DNA from: an uncultured bacterium
GTDB taxonomy: Bacteria; Verrucomicrobiota; Verrucomicrobiia; Limisphaerales; UBA8199
DNA length: 64,000 nucleotides
Direction: 5' to 3'
NCBI GenBank assembly: GCA_963749495.1
Contig: CAVVMW010000001.1
Location: forward strand, 768,001 to 832,000
Shown here: positions 41,532-51,985 of the stretch, in pieces
How the letters are laid out: each line of letters opens with the position of its first letter
Position numbering within the stretch: the stretch's first letter is position 1
Translations under genes and position numbers: made by a program
Notes under the pieces: generated by a model
Database searches by the model: none
What the model saw: only the letters and a program-made list of their open reading frames with translations
Told to the model about the DNA's origin: nothing

Positions 41532-42674
41532 ATGAGCACTGTGACCAATAGCGAGAAGAACGAAACCGCTGCTCTGGAATACGGCAGCGGGTATCTCGAA
41601 ATCTCCGAGAAGGGCTTCGGCTTCCTCCGGACCTCCGAGAATCACTTCCACCCTAAACCGTCGGACATCTTCGTGACGCCCGATACCATCAAGCGGAATT
41701 TCCTGCGCGAGGGCAGCTTCGTCGTCGGCCCCACCCAGCCGCCGCACCGGGGCAACAGTCCCCAGTTAAAGGCGGTCGAGAAGGTCAACGACATGACCTT
41801 CGAGGACTACACCAAGTCGCTCCGGTTCGAGAACCTGACCACGATCGACCCGATCGAGAAGTTCAGGCTGGAGACCTCGCCGGACCTCATCGAGACCCGG
41901 GTCATCGATATGGTCACCCCCCTGGGCAAAGGGACGCGCGGCCTCATTGTCGCCCCGCCCCGGACCGGCAAGACCACCATCCTCAAACAGATCGCCAATG
42001 CCATCACCGCCAATCACCCCGAGGTCCACGTCCTGGTCCTGCTCATTGACGAGCGGCCCGAGGAGGTCACCGATTTCCAACGTTCGGTCAATGCCGAGGT
42101 GGTCGCTTCCTCCAACGACCAGGACCTGGAGACCCACGTCCGCCTCTCCCGCTTCATGATCGAGCGGTGCCGCCGCATGGTCGAGGCCGGCAAGGATGTC
42201 TTCGTGCTCCTGGACTCGATCACCCGCGTGGCCCGCGCCTACAACAGCGTTCATGGCGGCAGCGGGCGCACCATGACCGGCGGTGTGGATGCCCGCGCCC
42301 TGGAAATCCCCCGCAAGATGTTCGCCTCGGCGCGCAAGATCGAAGAGGGCGGCTCGCTCACCATCCTGGCCACCGCGCTGGTCGATACCGGCTCGCGCAT
42401 GGACGAGCTGATCTTCCAGGAATTCAAAGGCACCGGCAACATGGAGTTGATCCTCGACCGCAAGCTCTCCGACCGCCGGCTCTTCCCCTCGATCAACATC
42501 CCCAAGAGCGGCACACGCAAGGAAGAGAAGCTCTTCCCCAAACACCAGATCGAGGCCGTGCGCAAACTCCGCCGCATGATGGTGGACCTCAACCCCGTCG
42601 AGGCCATGGAAACGCTCATCGCCGCCCTCAAGAAACACCGGACCAACGACGAACTATTGGCCAAACTGGTGTAG
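41532..42674 (+). CDS. rho: Transcription termination factor Rho, short paralog
   Basis: [49 protein letters not shown]; lacks the N-terminal helical bundle. Confidence 0.93.
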   Translation: MSTVTNSEKNETAALEYGSGYLEISEKGFGFLRTSENHFHPKPSDIFVTPDTIKRNFLREGSFVVGPTQPPHRGNSPQLKAVEKVNDMTFEDYTKSLRFENLTTIDPIEKFRLETSPDLIETRVIDMVTPLGKGTRGLIVAPPRTGKTTILKQIANAITANHPEVHVLVLLIDERPEEVTDFQRSVNAEVVASSNDQDLETHVRLSRFMIERCRRMVEAGKDVFVLLDSITRVARAYNSVHGGSGRTMTGGVDARALEIPRKMFASARKIEEGGSLTILATALVDTGSRMDELIFQEFKGTGNMELILDRKLSDRRLFPSINIPKSGTRKEEKLFPKHQIEAVRKLRRMMVDLNPVEAMETLIAALKKHRTNDELLAKLV

Positions 42675-42743
42675 AGGTGGCAATGTTGAGTTTCCTCCGA
42701 AATGCGGGAGGCATAACGAGCATGCGCCCTCGGCGCAGGCCCC

Positions 42744-42928
42744 GTCCCGAAGGGACGTTCCGACAATAGCCCAACGTTTCAACGTTGGGATCCGGGCGAA
42801 AATGGGCCGAGTCCCGAGGGGACGGCTGAAATCACCCGGCGTTTCAGCCGTCCCTTCGGGACTGGGGGTGCCTGCTCCTTCAACCCAACGTTAAAACGTT
42901 GGGCTATTCTCAAGTGTCCCTCCGGGAC
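42744..42928. repeat. REP-like compound palindrome
   Basis: AATAGCCCAACGTTTCAACGTTGGG ... CCCAACGTTAAAACGTTGGGCTATT. Confidence 0.8.
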
Positions 42929-42974
42929 AGAACCCGGCGGCATCGGTTCCGCCTGAACCCATCCGGCCGCAGCC

Positions 42975-44003
42975 ATGGGCGAAACCAGTCAGGTTGCGGA
43001 CGCTCGCCTGGGCGCTTCGTTGCACTCACGGCCGCCCCTGTGGCGGATGCTCCGCATCCACCAGGCGATCCAGTTGGGCAAGCACCCCAACGCCGCCTAT
43101 TTCGCGCGCCAGTTCGAGGTCAGCACCAAGACCATTCATCGCAACCTCGAATTCATGCGCTACCAGTTGGACCTGCCCATCGAATACGACCCGCAGCGCT
43201 ACGGCTTCCACTACACCGAGAAGGTCGAGGCCTTTCCCACCCTGCAGATTACCGAAGGCGAGTTCATCGCCCTGGTCATCGCCGAGCGGGCGCTCGAACA
43301 ATACCGCGGCACCAACCTGGAAAAACCGCTCCTGGGCGCCATCCGCAAGATGGAGCAGGCCCTGCCGGACACCATCTCGCTCGACCTGGCCGACATCCAG
43401 CGGACCATCTCCTTCCGCACGCGCGCCGAGCCCATCCTCAACCTCGAAATCTTCGATGCCCTGGCCAAGGCCACCGCCGCCCGCCATCAACTCCAGTTGA
43501 GCTATCGCAAACCCGGCCAGACCGCCACGGAACTGCGCCTGGTGGACCCCTATCACCTGGCCAACATCAACGGCGAGTGGTTCCTCTTCGCCTACGACCA
43601 CCTCCGCAAAGACATCCGCACCTTCGTCCCCGCGCGCATCCAGCGCGTCAAACCCTCCGGCAAGACCTTCACCCGCCCCCAGAGTTTCTCGCTCGAAAAA
43701 CGCCTCCACGACAGCTTCGGCGTCCAATCCGGCCACGAGGTCTGGGACGTGGTCATTCGCTTCGCCCCGCGAGTGGCCGACTTCATCCGCGAGAAGCGCT
43801 GGCATGCCTCCCAGCAACTGCGCGAACTCAGTAACGGCGGCATCGAGTTGCGGATGCGGCTCTCCAGCCTCTCGGAAGTCGAGCGCTGGGTGCTCAGTTG
43901 GGGCGGCAATGCCGTCGTGGCGCAGCCCCCCGAACTGGCCCGCGCCGTCAAGGAGGCCGCCCGGAAGATCCTCCGCTCCGACCCGGCGGCGCTCGCGGGC
44001 TGA
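42975..44003 (+). CDS. HTH-WYL-WCX transcriptional regulator (PafB/C-like)
   Basis: FEVSTKTIHRNLEFMR HTH; RLVDPYHL...WFLFAYDH..IRTF...RI; WVLSWG..P. Confidence 0.92.
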   Translation: MGETSQVADARLGASLHSRPPLWRMLRIHQAIQLGKHPNAAYFARQFEVSTKTIHRNLEFMRYQLDLPIEYDPQRYGFHYTEKVEAFPTLQITEGEFIALVIAERALEQYRGTNLEKPLLGAIRKMEQALPDTISLDLADIQRTISFRTRAEPILNLEIFDALAKATAARHQLQLSYRKPGQTATELRLVDPYHLANINGEWFLFAYDHLRKDIRTFVPARIQRVKPSGKTFTRPQSFSLEKRLHDSFGVQSGHEVWDVVIRFAPRVADFIREKRWHASQQLRELSNGGIELRMRLSSLSEVERWVLSWGGNAVVAQPPELARAVKEAARKILRSDPAALAG

Positions 44004-44352
44004 TTTCTTCGCCCCGCAGGATTCGCGCAGGTGTTGGAAGGATATTCTGCCTGGAGAGCTAGACACTGGTCCGGCTCTGCTCATCGCGTAGCGATGATAC
44101 GAAGGTAGCCGTGTGGCTTCAGCCCACGGAGAGAGGTTTTAGCCAGAGGGGTCGCGTCGCGTAGCGACGCCGGAGCCGCCCACGCCCTCGGGGCCGCAGG
44201 CGGTTTCACGCGTCGCTACGCAACGCCGGGACTTCTCCCGCACCTTGACCGGGGGCTGAAGCCGCCCGGCTACCATCAGGACACCGCTCCGCGGTGAACA
44301 GAGGTCCGCCGATCCGAAAGATTTTTTCCCACGCCCCCTTTATGCTTGCATG

Positions 44353-44375
44353 TGACTACCATAAAATGGTAGTCA
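44353..44375. promoter_or_regulatory. Perfect operator-like palindrome upstream of the methyltransferase
   Basis: TGACTACCAT-AAA-ATGGTAGTCA, 11 nt before ATG 44387, next to TTGCAT. Confidence 0.65.
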
Positions 44376-44386
44376 TTTCAGCAGTC

Positions 44387-47083
44387 ATGGCCCAGCGGTT
44401 CAAGAACGTCTATTTTGCAGATATTGACGGTGCATCGACCCAGGAAAGAAATCTCACCTTGGCCTTTGGGGAGAAGGATGAGCAGCTTTACGAAGGTCTC
44501 AAGAGCCTGTCGAGCCAGGAAATGCGTGAGCGGTTGGGGCACGCTAGCTATGAGGGGCTGTGCCGGGCAGCCGAGGGAGAGGGGCTGCCCCTGAATGGTT
44601 ACTGCCTGCGCCGGTTGCGCACGGTGCGAGAGCGGAGCGGGCCGGAAGCGGAGGGTGGCTTCTTTCCACAGATGAGAGACTTCGCCCGTCCGCTTATCGA
44701 CCCAGTGCAGGTTACGTTCCGGGGAGGCCAGGCCGAGCCCTTGCACCGGTGGTATCCGTACCTGGAGGGATACTCTCCGCGTTTCGTAGAGCAAGCCTTG
44801 GACGCATTCGCTCCCCAAGCCGGGTGCATCCTGGACCCCTTTTCCGGGACCGGGACCACGCCCCTAACGGCGGCGAGGCTTGGACGGAGGGCTTTCTTCT
44901 GCGAATTGAACCCGCTCCTGCAGTTCCTCATCGAAGCCAAGACGGCCGCCTTCAATTTGAAGGCCGAGGAGAGGGAAAGGTGCGTAGGAAAGCTGCTTGA
45001 ACTGGCGGAGGGATTGGCGGAATTGGTCTCGGCACGGCGCGAGGCCTTGGACCTCGATGAGGCCTACTGGAGAACCTTTGGCGAGAGCCAATTTTTCGAA
45101 CGGCAGGTTTACGGCGAAATCCTGCGGGCTCGCAGCATCGTCGATGGCTTGGCCTGCGAAGACCCGGTGGCGGCCAGGTTCCTCACGGTCGCGATTGTGG
45201 CCAGCCTTATCCCGGCCTCGCGCCTAATCCGGCGCGGCAACCTTCGCTTCAAGACCGAGAGTGAATCGAGGAAATCGCGGACGGGCTTCATCCCCTGCGT
45301 CAGGCTCCAGTTGCGCCTCATGGCAGGAGATCTGAGAGCAGTCCAACCTCTGCCGGAGACGCCCAAGCTGGTGTGCGAGGATGCGCGCCAACTTGACCAG
45401 TTGCTGCCTCTGGAAGTGGACGCTGTCCTGACCAGTCCGCCGTACCTTAACGGCACCAACTACTTCAGGAACACGAAAGTGGAGTTGTGGTTTCTACGCT
45501 GCTTGCGGGGGCCGGATGACCTGGCCGATTTTCGTCTGAAGGCGGTCACCGCCGGCATCAATGACGTGACCAACGCCAAGGCGGGCCGTGAGGTTCCTCC
45601 CGAGGCTCGACCTGTCGTCGCCCTGGTGGCGGAGTCCGCCTACGACGCCCGCATCCCCCGCATGGTGGCCAGCTACTTTGCGGAAATGAAGGCCATCTTC
45701 GCAGCCCTCCGCAAGCACCTCACAGAACGGGCAACCGTCGTGCTCAATATCGGGGATTCGGCTTACGGGAACGTCCATGTCCCCACAGATCGGATTCTCA
45801 CAGAGATTCTCTGAGCCTTGGATTCAGTCTTCGCCGTGAGCTGGTCTTGCGGAAGCGATTGTCACGGGGCGGATTGGCCCTGCGACAGGTCCTGCTGGTA
45901 TTGGACGCGCCGCGGAGAGGCCTTCGACCGCTCCGGGACCTGGCAGATATGCCGGTGGCCGCTTGGGAGGCAGCCTGGCAGCGATTCAAGCGCCAACTGC
46001 CCCACCAGGAAGACCCCTTCGCCAAACGCAACTGGGGCCACCCTCTCCACTCGCTTTGCTCCTACCAGGGCAAAATGAAGCCGGCGCTGGCATATCACCT
46101 CGTAAAGGTCTTCGTCCCCCAGGGCGGCCGGTTGCTGGACCCCTTCGGCGGTGTTGGCACGATCCCTTTCGAGGCGGCTCTGAACGGCATGACCACATGG
46201 TCTTTCGAGATCAGTCCAGCCGCCTTGCACATTGCTGCCGCCAAACTGGGGTTGCCGCAGGCAGCGGACTGCGAGCATGTTCTGCGCGACCTGGAGCGCT
46301 TCATCGCTGGCGAAGAGCCCGCCCAAGCAGAGGCCAGGGCGGCGGGCAGGATTCGTTTCAACGGCCCGCTGCCGGATTATTTCTCCCCGGCTACTTTCCG
46401 GGAGATACTGCTGGCCCGCCGGTTCTTCAGGCAGCGGCCGCCGCGCGGGCACTCAGATTCGCTCGTGCTGGCCTCACTGTTGCACATCCTTCATGGCAAT
46501 CGGCCCTACGCCCTAAGCCGGCGCTCGCACCCCATCACGCCCTTTGCGCCAAGCGGGCCGGCCGAATACCGCCCTTTGATGCCCCGTTTACGCGCAAAGG
46601 TGGGCCGCAGTCTGGAGGTGTCGAAAGGCCAAGGCTTCGCTCCCGGGACTGTTTTCTTTCAGGATGCCACCGCGTGGTGGCCCCGCCAGGTTGACCGACT
46701 CGAACGCCGTCATCACCTCGCCGCCCTTTTTCGACAGCACCCGTTTCTATCTCGCAAACTGGATGCGGCTTTGGTTCTGCGGCTGGGAGGCGGAGGACTT
46801 CCGCATTCAACCCCTGGCTTTTGTTGACGAACGCCAGAAACGCAGCTTCGAGGTTTACGAGGCGGTCTTCCGCCAAGCCAGAGAGCGCCTCAAGCCCGGC
46901 GGCGTCATGGTCCTGCACCTCGGCAAAAGCCGAAAATGCGATATGGCTGCGATGCTTCAGCGCGTGGCCCTCCGTTGGTTTCGCGTCGCGGACTCTTTCA
47001 CCGAACAGGTGGACCACTGCGAATCCCACGGCATTCGTGACAAAGGCACGGTCACGGCGCACCAATTCCTGCTGCTGCGCTGA
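44387..47083 (+). CDS. Fused double N4-cytosine DNA methyltransferase (frameshifts near 45811 and 46697)
   Basis: Domain 1: HRWYPY, DPFSGTGTT, TSPPY. Domain 2: HSLCSYQGK, DPFGGVGT, TSPPF. 1-bp corrections join the three ORFs into about 900 aa. Confidence 0.8.
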
Positions 47084-47086
47084 GAC

Positions 47087-48061
47087 TCATTCCAAACCGA
47101 GGAGTCTCCTGTTCTGTGCCGAGAGCCGGCTCAGCAGATGGTAGCCGGAAAGCAACCTTTTGAGCTCGGCCAACCGCTTCGGCAGGTCGGAGCGCTCGCG
47201 GACCTTGAGGAAGCGCGATACGCAGCCGTTTACGTCGATATCAGCATTGACGATCGGCTCCCGGCTGGCCAGCAGCGTCAAGTCAGCCCCCGTCAGCCGA
47301 CTCAACTCGATGAGTTCATTGTTTGTGTAAAATTGGCTCGGCCAACCATCCCGCTTGGCGTTGTTTGCCTCGGCGCACAGGAGCGCCGCGTTCTCGACGC
47401 TCAGCGGGTAGAGGTATCGGGAGGGCAGAACGTGGTCAATTGCCCAGGACTTGCGATCCCGGATGTCCAAGGCCCTCTTTGTCTTGAAGCACCTGCCTCC
47501 AAACCTGGCGAATAACTCATCGGGCGCGATCGTCTGGTTTTCCCCCTGCAGGAGTAGTTCGGCGATTCGCCGGCGCGCCGAGGCCTCGTGCAGTTGCTGT
47601 TTTGTCCGGCGCGGGTTGAGCATTGCATTGATGGCGCCCTTGCAGCTCCGGCACTCCATTTGCCGTTGCAGAGGCCCCCAGCCGGCGTGCTTGCTGAACG
47701 CCTGGAAAGGCAGAATGCGACCGCAGGTGTTGCATTGCTTCCAGTAGGATTCAGGGTACTCGGTCGCAATCCGGAAAAAGCCCCGCCAGAAACGCTCTGC
47801 TCGAAGGGACTTATGGTCGGTGAACGCTGTGGGCCAGTTTGAAAAGGGGAGGTTCGTGTCCTTGCAGTGGGAGTAGCCGCACTTGGTGCACTGCCAATTT
47901 GCCGTGTCAAACGCCGCTTCCGGATCCAGGAGTCTCGCCCCGATCGGGACAAAGTTCGCGGCGGAGCACCCCAGGCAGACAAAGCCCACCCAGGCAGCGT
48001 GGGGCTGAACGCCCTCGATTCGCTCCAATCCGGTCCGATTTACAGTCTGCCGCCGCGGCAT
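47087..48061 (-). CDS. Zn-ribbon/HNH endonuclease (putative restriction enzyme)
   Basis: Four CxxC pairs; IDHVLP...ENAALLCAEANNAKRD; convergent with the MTase, 3-bp gap. Confidence 0.78.
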   Translation of the reverse strand: MPRRQTVNRTGLERIEGVQPHAAWVGFVCLGCSAANFVPIGARLLDPEAAFDTANWQCTKCGYSHCKDTNLPFSNWPTAFTDHKSLRAERFWRGFFRIATEYPESYWKQCNTCGRILPFQAFSKHAGWGPLQRQMECRSCKGAINAMLNPRRTKQQLHEASARRRIAELLLQGENQTIAPDELFARFGGRCFKTKRALDIRDRKSWAIDHVLPSRYLYPLSVENAALLCAEANNAKRDGWPSQFYTNNELIELSRLTGADLTLLASREPIVNADIDVNGCVSRFLKVRERSDLPKRLAELKRLLSGYHLLSRLSAQNRRLLGLE

Positions 48062-48209
48062 AGCTCTTCCCGCCAGATTGGCGGAAATGCCTCGGGAGGG
48101 CAAGCCCCGCTGTCTTGCTGGTCGGCGTCCCGGCGCCGGCCGGGCTTTTGGATTCGCAGGTGGTGAGCGCGACGGTATGCCGGGCTCAGTCAACCAGCAC
48201 CTTCAGAAT

Positions 48210-48465
48210 TCGGCCAACCCGCTCATCACGAAAGTGCGGCAGCTTTTCAGCCGCGACCTAGCCCTGGAGAACGACCACCTGCGCCAGGAGAACCAAATCC
48301 TCCGACGCAAGTTGGGCTCCCGCGTGTCCTTGACCGAGGGGGACCGGCGGATTCTGGTGAAGTACGGCCTGAGGATTGAGGATCGGCTAGGCGAGGTCAT
48401 TTCCATCGTCAAACCCGAAACGCTCCTGGCCTGGAATCGTCAGCAGAAGCAGAAGAAGTGGACCT
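48210..48465 (+). pseudogene. N-terminal remnant of an integrase-core (rve) transposase
   Basis: LRQENQILRRKL..RVSLTEGDRR..IVKPETLLAWNR....KKWT. Confidence 0.65.
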
Positions 48466-48746
48466 TGGCGCTGGGGTGGCTCTGGGGCTCGCCCGTGACA
48501 TTGCCCCCAAATCCTCGCCTAAAGCTTTTTTTGAGAACCACGGAACACACAGAACACACGGAAAAAGGCCCCCCTTCCGTGTATTCCGATTCCGTGGTTC
48601 TCTATTTTCTCTCGATTGGCATGGGAATTGAGGAGGTCCGGTTCTTTCGGTGTATTCTGCGGAAGATGGTTCTTTAGGCGTGGTTTTGGGGGGCCTGCCC
48701 TGGCTTGACTGCGGCCGCAAGCTGTTTTATACAATAGAACAAGTTT

Positions 48747-49943
48747 ATGATATTACGAGACACATTTTTGGCGGTTCTCCGCAACCCGTTCCTACCGCCG
48801 GTTCCCGCGCCCGAGGTCGAGCGGGAACTGGTTGCCGGCCTGGAGTTGCGCGGCTCCAGAGCAACGGTGCTGACCGGCGTGCGGCGGTGTGGCAAGAGCA
48901 CTCTGCAGGCGCAGTTGATGCGCCGCTCCGGCGGCGCGTTTTACTGCAACTTCGAGGACACCCGCCTCTTTGGCCTGGGTCCGGATGATTTCCCCGCCTT
49001 CCTGTCGGTTCTCGAGGCAGTGGCGAACCCGAACCAGCCGGTGTTCCTGGATGAGGTCCAGGAAGCCGGGGAATGGCAGCGGCTGGTTCGGGCACTCCTG
49101 GATCGCGGGCGGGCGGTGTGTCTCACGGGATCGAACGCGTCGTTGCTGGGCCGGGAACTCGGGGCCAAACTCACTGGACGGCATCTGTCGTTCGAGGTGT
49201 TCCCGTTCAGTTATGCGGAGTACATGGTTTTCACCCGGAAAGGCCCTGGCGTTGACTCCTTCCGGGCCTATCTGGACGAGGGCGGGTTTCCGGTTTACCT
49301 GCGGGAGCGTCGGGACCAGATCCTGCAGGAATTGCTGCGCGACGTGGTCCAGCGCAACGTGGCGGCGCGTCATAGGCTGCGCGAGACGCGGCATGTGATG
49401 AACCTGCTCCTGTTCCTGCTCGCCAATACCGGGCGGCCGCTTTCCTTTCAGAGCCTGACCAAGAACCTCGCCGTTCCCACGGTCGGACAGACCTCGCGCT
49501 ACCTGGAGTTCCTTCGGGACGCCTACCTCCTGTTTGCGGTGCCCAAGTTCAGCGCCTCCTTCAGGAAGCGGGTGGTGGCCCCGGCCAAATACTTCGCCAT
49601 CGACAACGGTCTGCGCCGCGTCAATTCGCCGCAGCCCCAGCCCGACCTCGGTCACCGGCTGGAGAACGCCGTGGGACTTCACCTGCGCCGCGGCACGCCC
49701 GAGCTGCATTATGCCGGTGAGCGCGACCTGTGGGAATGTGATTTCGTTACCCCCGACGCGGCCATCCAGGTCTGCCTCGAACTCACCCCTGCCAATCGCG
49801 GACGCGAACTGCGGGGAGTTATCGAGGGAACGCGCCTGGGCGGCCGGCGCCGCGCACTGGTGCTGACGCTCAACCAAACCGACCGTCTGCGCCAGGATGG
49901 GGTGGAGATCGAGGTGATGCCCGCCTGGCGCTGGATGGCGTAA
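48747..49943 (+). CDS. AAA_14/DUF4143 ATP-binding protein
   Basis: GVRRCGKST, FLDEVQ, TGSNAS, LTGR, GGFP, KYFAIDNGL, LEN, ECDF. Confidence 0.92.
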   Translation: MILRDTFLAVLRNPFLPPVPAPEVERELVAGLELRGSRATVLTGVRRCGKSTLQAQLMRRSGGAFYCNFEDTRLFGLGPDDFPAFLSVLEAVANPNQPVFLDEVQEAGEWQRLVRALLDRGRAVCLTGSNASLLGRELGAKLTGRHLSFEVFPFSYAEYMVFTRKGPGVDSFRAYLDEGGFPVYLRERRDQILQELLRDVVQRNVAARHRLRETRHVMNLLLFLLANTGRPLSFQSLTKNLAVPTVGQTSRYLEFLRDAYLLFAVPKFSASFRKRVVAPAKYFAIDNGLRRVNSPQPQPDLGHRLENAVGLHLRRGTPELHYAGERDLWECDFVTPDAAIQVCLELTPANRGRELRGVIEGTRLGGRRRALVLTLNQTDRLRQDGVEIEVMPAWRWMA

Positions 49944-51985
49944 TCCTGCGCGTCGGCGCGCGTCTGGAGGCCCGCGCCTGGGGCGGGGGTTGGCCGCCCG
50001 CCCCAGGGGCGTGATGAATGGCCTACTGCGACCGCAGCCGGTAGAAGCGCGCGGCGTTGGTCGCGCCCAGCGTGATCTGGTTGTTCGGAGGATTAGTCGC
50101 CACCGGAGTCCAGGCGCCGCCGACAAGGCTCGTCTCGCTCTGCAACACGAAGCCGCTAGCCGAAGCCGGCCAGGAGATTTGCACCGAATCGGCACTCAGT
50201 CGGGTTATGGTGAGGGCCGGCCCTGTGGGAACCGAAGGCGCCACTTCAATCACCGGCGGGAACGAGGACCTGGCGGACAGGTAGGTGCTGACCAGGAGAA
50301 GGTCATCGCCCGAAAGCGTCCGATTGTAGATCAGGAGCCTCGCTGAGCGTGCCTGAGAACGGGTTGGCCAGGGTGTCCAGCGCCCCGATCAGCAGCGGCG
50401 TGCCCGCGTCCAGGGCCGCGTAGCCGAGCACCCCGCTGCCGTTGGGGACTCCATCGAGGTAATGCGAAGCCAAAGAACCCGCGACTGTAACGCCGGTCAC
50501 CGCCGGTGTCCCGGCCTGCACGGGGCCAGTGCTGGTGTAGGCCGTGGTTCCGCCCGAATTGCCTCCGCGTGTGAAAACCATGTCGCCGCCGACAGCAATA
50601 CTGTAGATCCACGGGAACGGCGCGGCGTTGGTCGTTTTGCTCCACAGAGTTTGGGCCAGGGTCACGTCGGCGACGTTAAAGGCGCAGAACGTCGAGATGT
50701 CTCCCTGGATAACAACACTGGGAGTGCTGGCCACCTGGAGATATTGCGAACTCGTCCCGTTGAATTCCAGGGCCGGCTTGCCGTTAGTGACCACCAAGAG
50801 CGGAGCGTTGGCGGAATTGGTCTGAAGCGCGTTGTTGCCCAGACCCGACTGGTCAGCCCATTCCGAGACGGTGCCGTCGCTGTTGGTGCTCACACCCTTG
50901 TCCGCTCTGAGCCAGAGCACCAGCCCTGAAGTTGGCGGGCTGGAGGGTCCCTGGCCGGTCACCGAGATGACCACGGGGGCGGAAGTGCCCGTGGCACCCC
51001 AGACGTCGACCGCTTGGGCCTGGAGGGTAACCGTGCCCGGCGTGAGGGCTTCGAGGGACAAGGCATAAGGCGGCGTTGTGGCCGAACCAAGGACGACGCC
51101 GTTGGCCAGGAAAGTCACCTGGGTGACGGGGTTGTTAGTATCCGTAACGCCCACCTGGAAGTTGATTGGGGTGGACACAGCCGCCGTGGCGCCGTTGGTT
51201 GGGCTGAGGACCGTCACAGCCGGTGGCAGGTAGGCCACGCCAACCAGTCTCTGGTTGTATTTTCCGGCCAAGTAGGTGAAGACCTGTTCACGCTCGGCGC
51301 TCGAAAGGCCGTGTCCGAACACGAGCAATTCAGCAAGGTCGCCCTGCAACTTGGTGACCTTGTCAGCACGCGAGCCGATTATCAAATCGGTGGCGGCGTC
51401 GGCAAGCGGGACGCTGATTTGGCCGCTGCCGGCGAAACCCCCGTTGATGTAGTGAGAGGCGGTTTGTCCGGCCATTTCGAAGCCGAGCACCATGTAGGTC
51501 CCGGCAGTTGCCCCCCAATCCGCATTAAGCCCTCCAGCGACCGTGCCATTGCCGCGCAAAAAGCTCGGAACACCCGTGGCCGGCAGGAGGTAATAATCGA
51601 TCGAGGCCGGTATATTGCCCTTCGTCTTGGCCCACAGCCCGCGGAAGGTAGCGAAATCCTCAAAGAGCACGACCGCGTAGCTGGCGACATCGCCGACGAT
51701 TTCGATGCTCTGGGAATCCGCCACATCCAGGTCGTCACCGGAGTTGAAATGAAGGGCTGGCTTGCCGTTGATGGCGTTGGCGACCAATGTGGGCGCGGTG
51801 TCGAGCGGAACCGCTGTGTTGCCATTGCCTGAGCGATCCGTCCAACTGGCCACCGTGCGGTCCGGATTAACCTGCACGCCTACATCCGCGCTGAGCCAGA
51901 GCCTCAGATCGCTGGTGGGCGGCGCCGTGGCGGACGTGCCGGTCACCGTCAGGGTGATGGGCGCTGAAGTGGACTGCAGCCCTAG

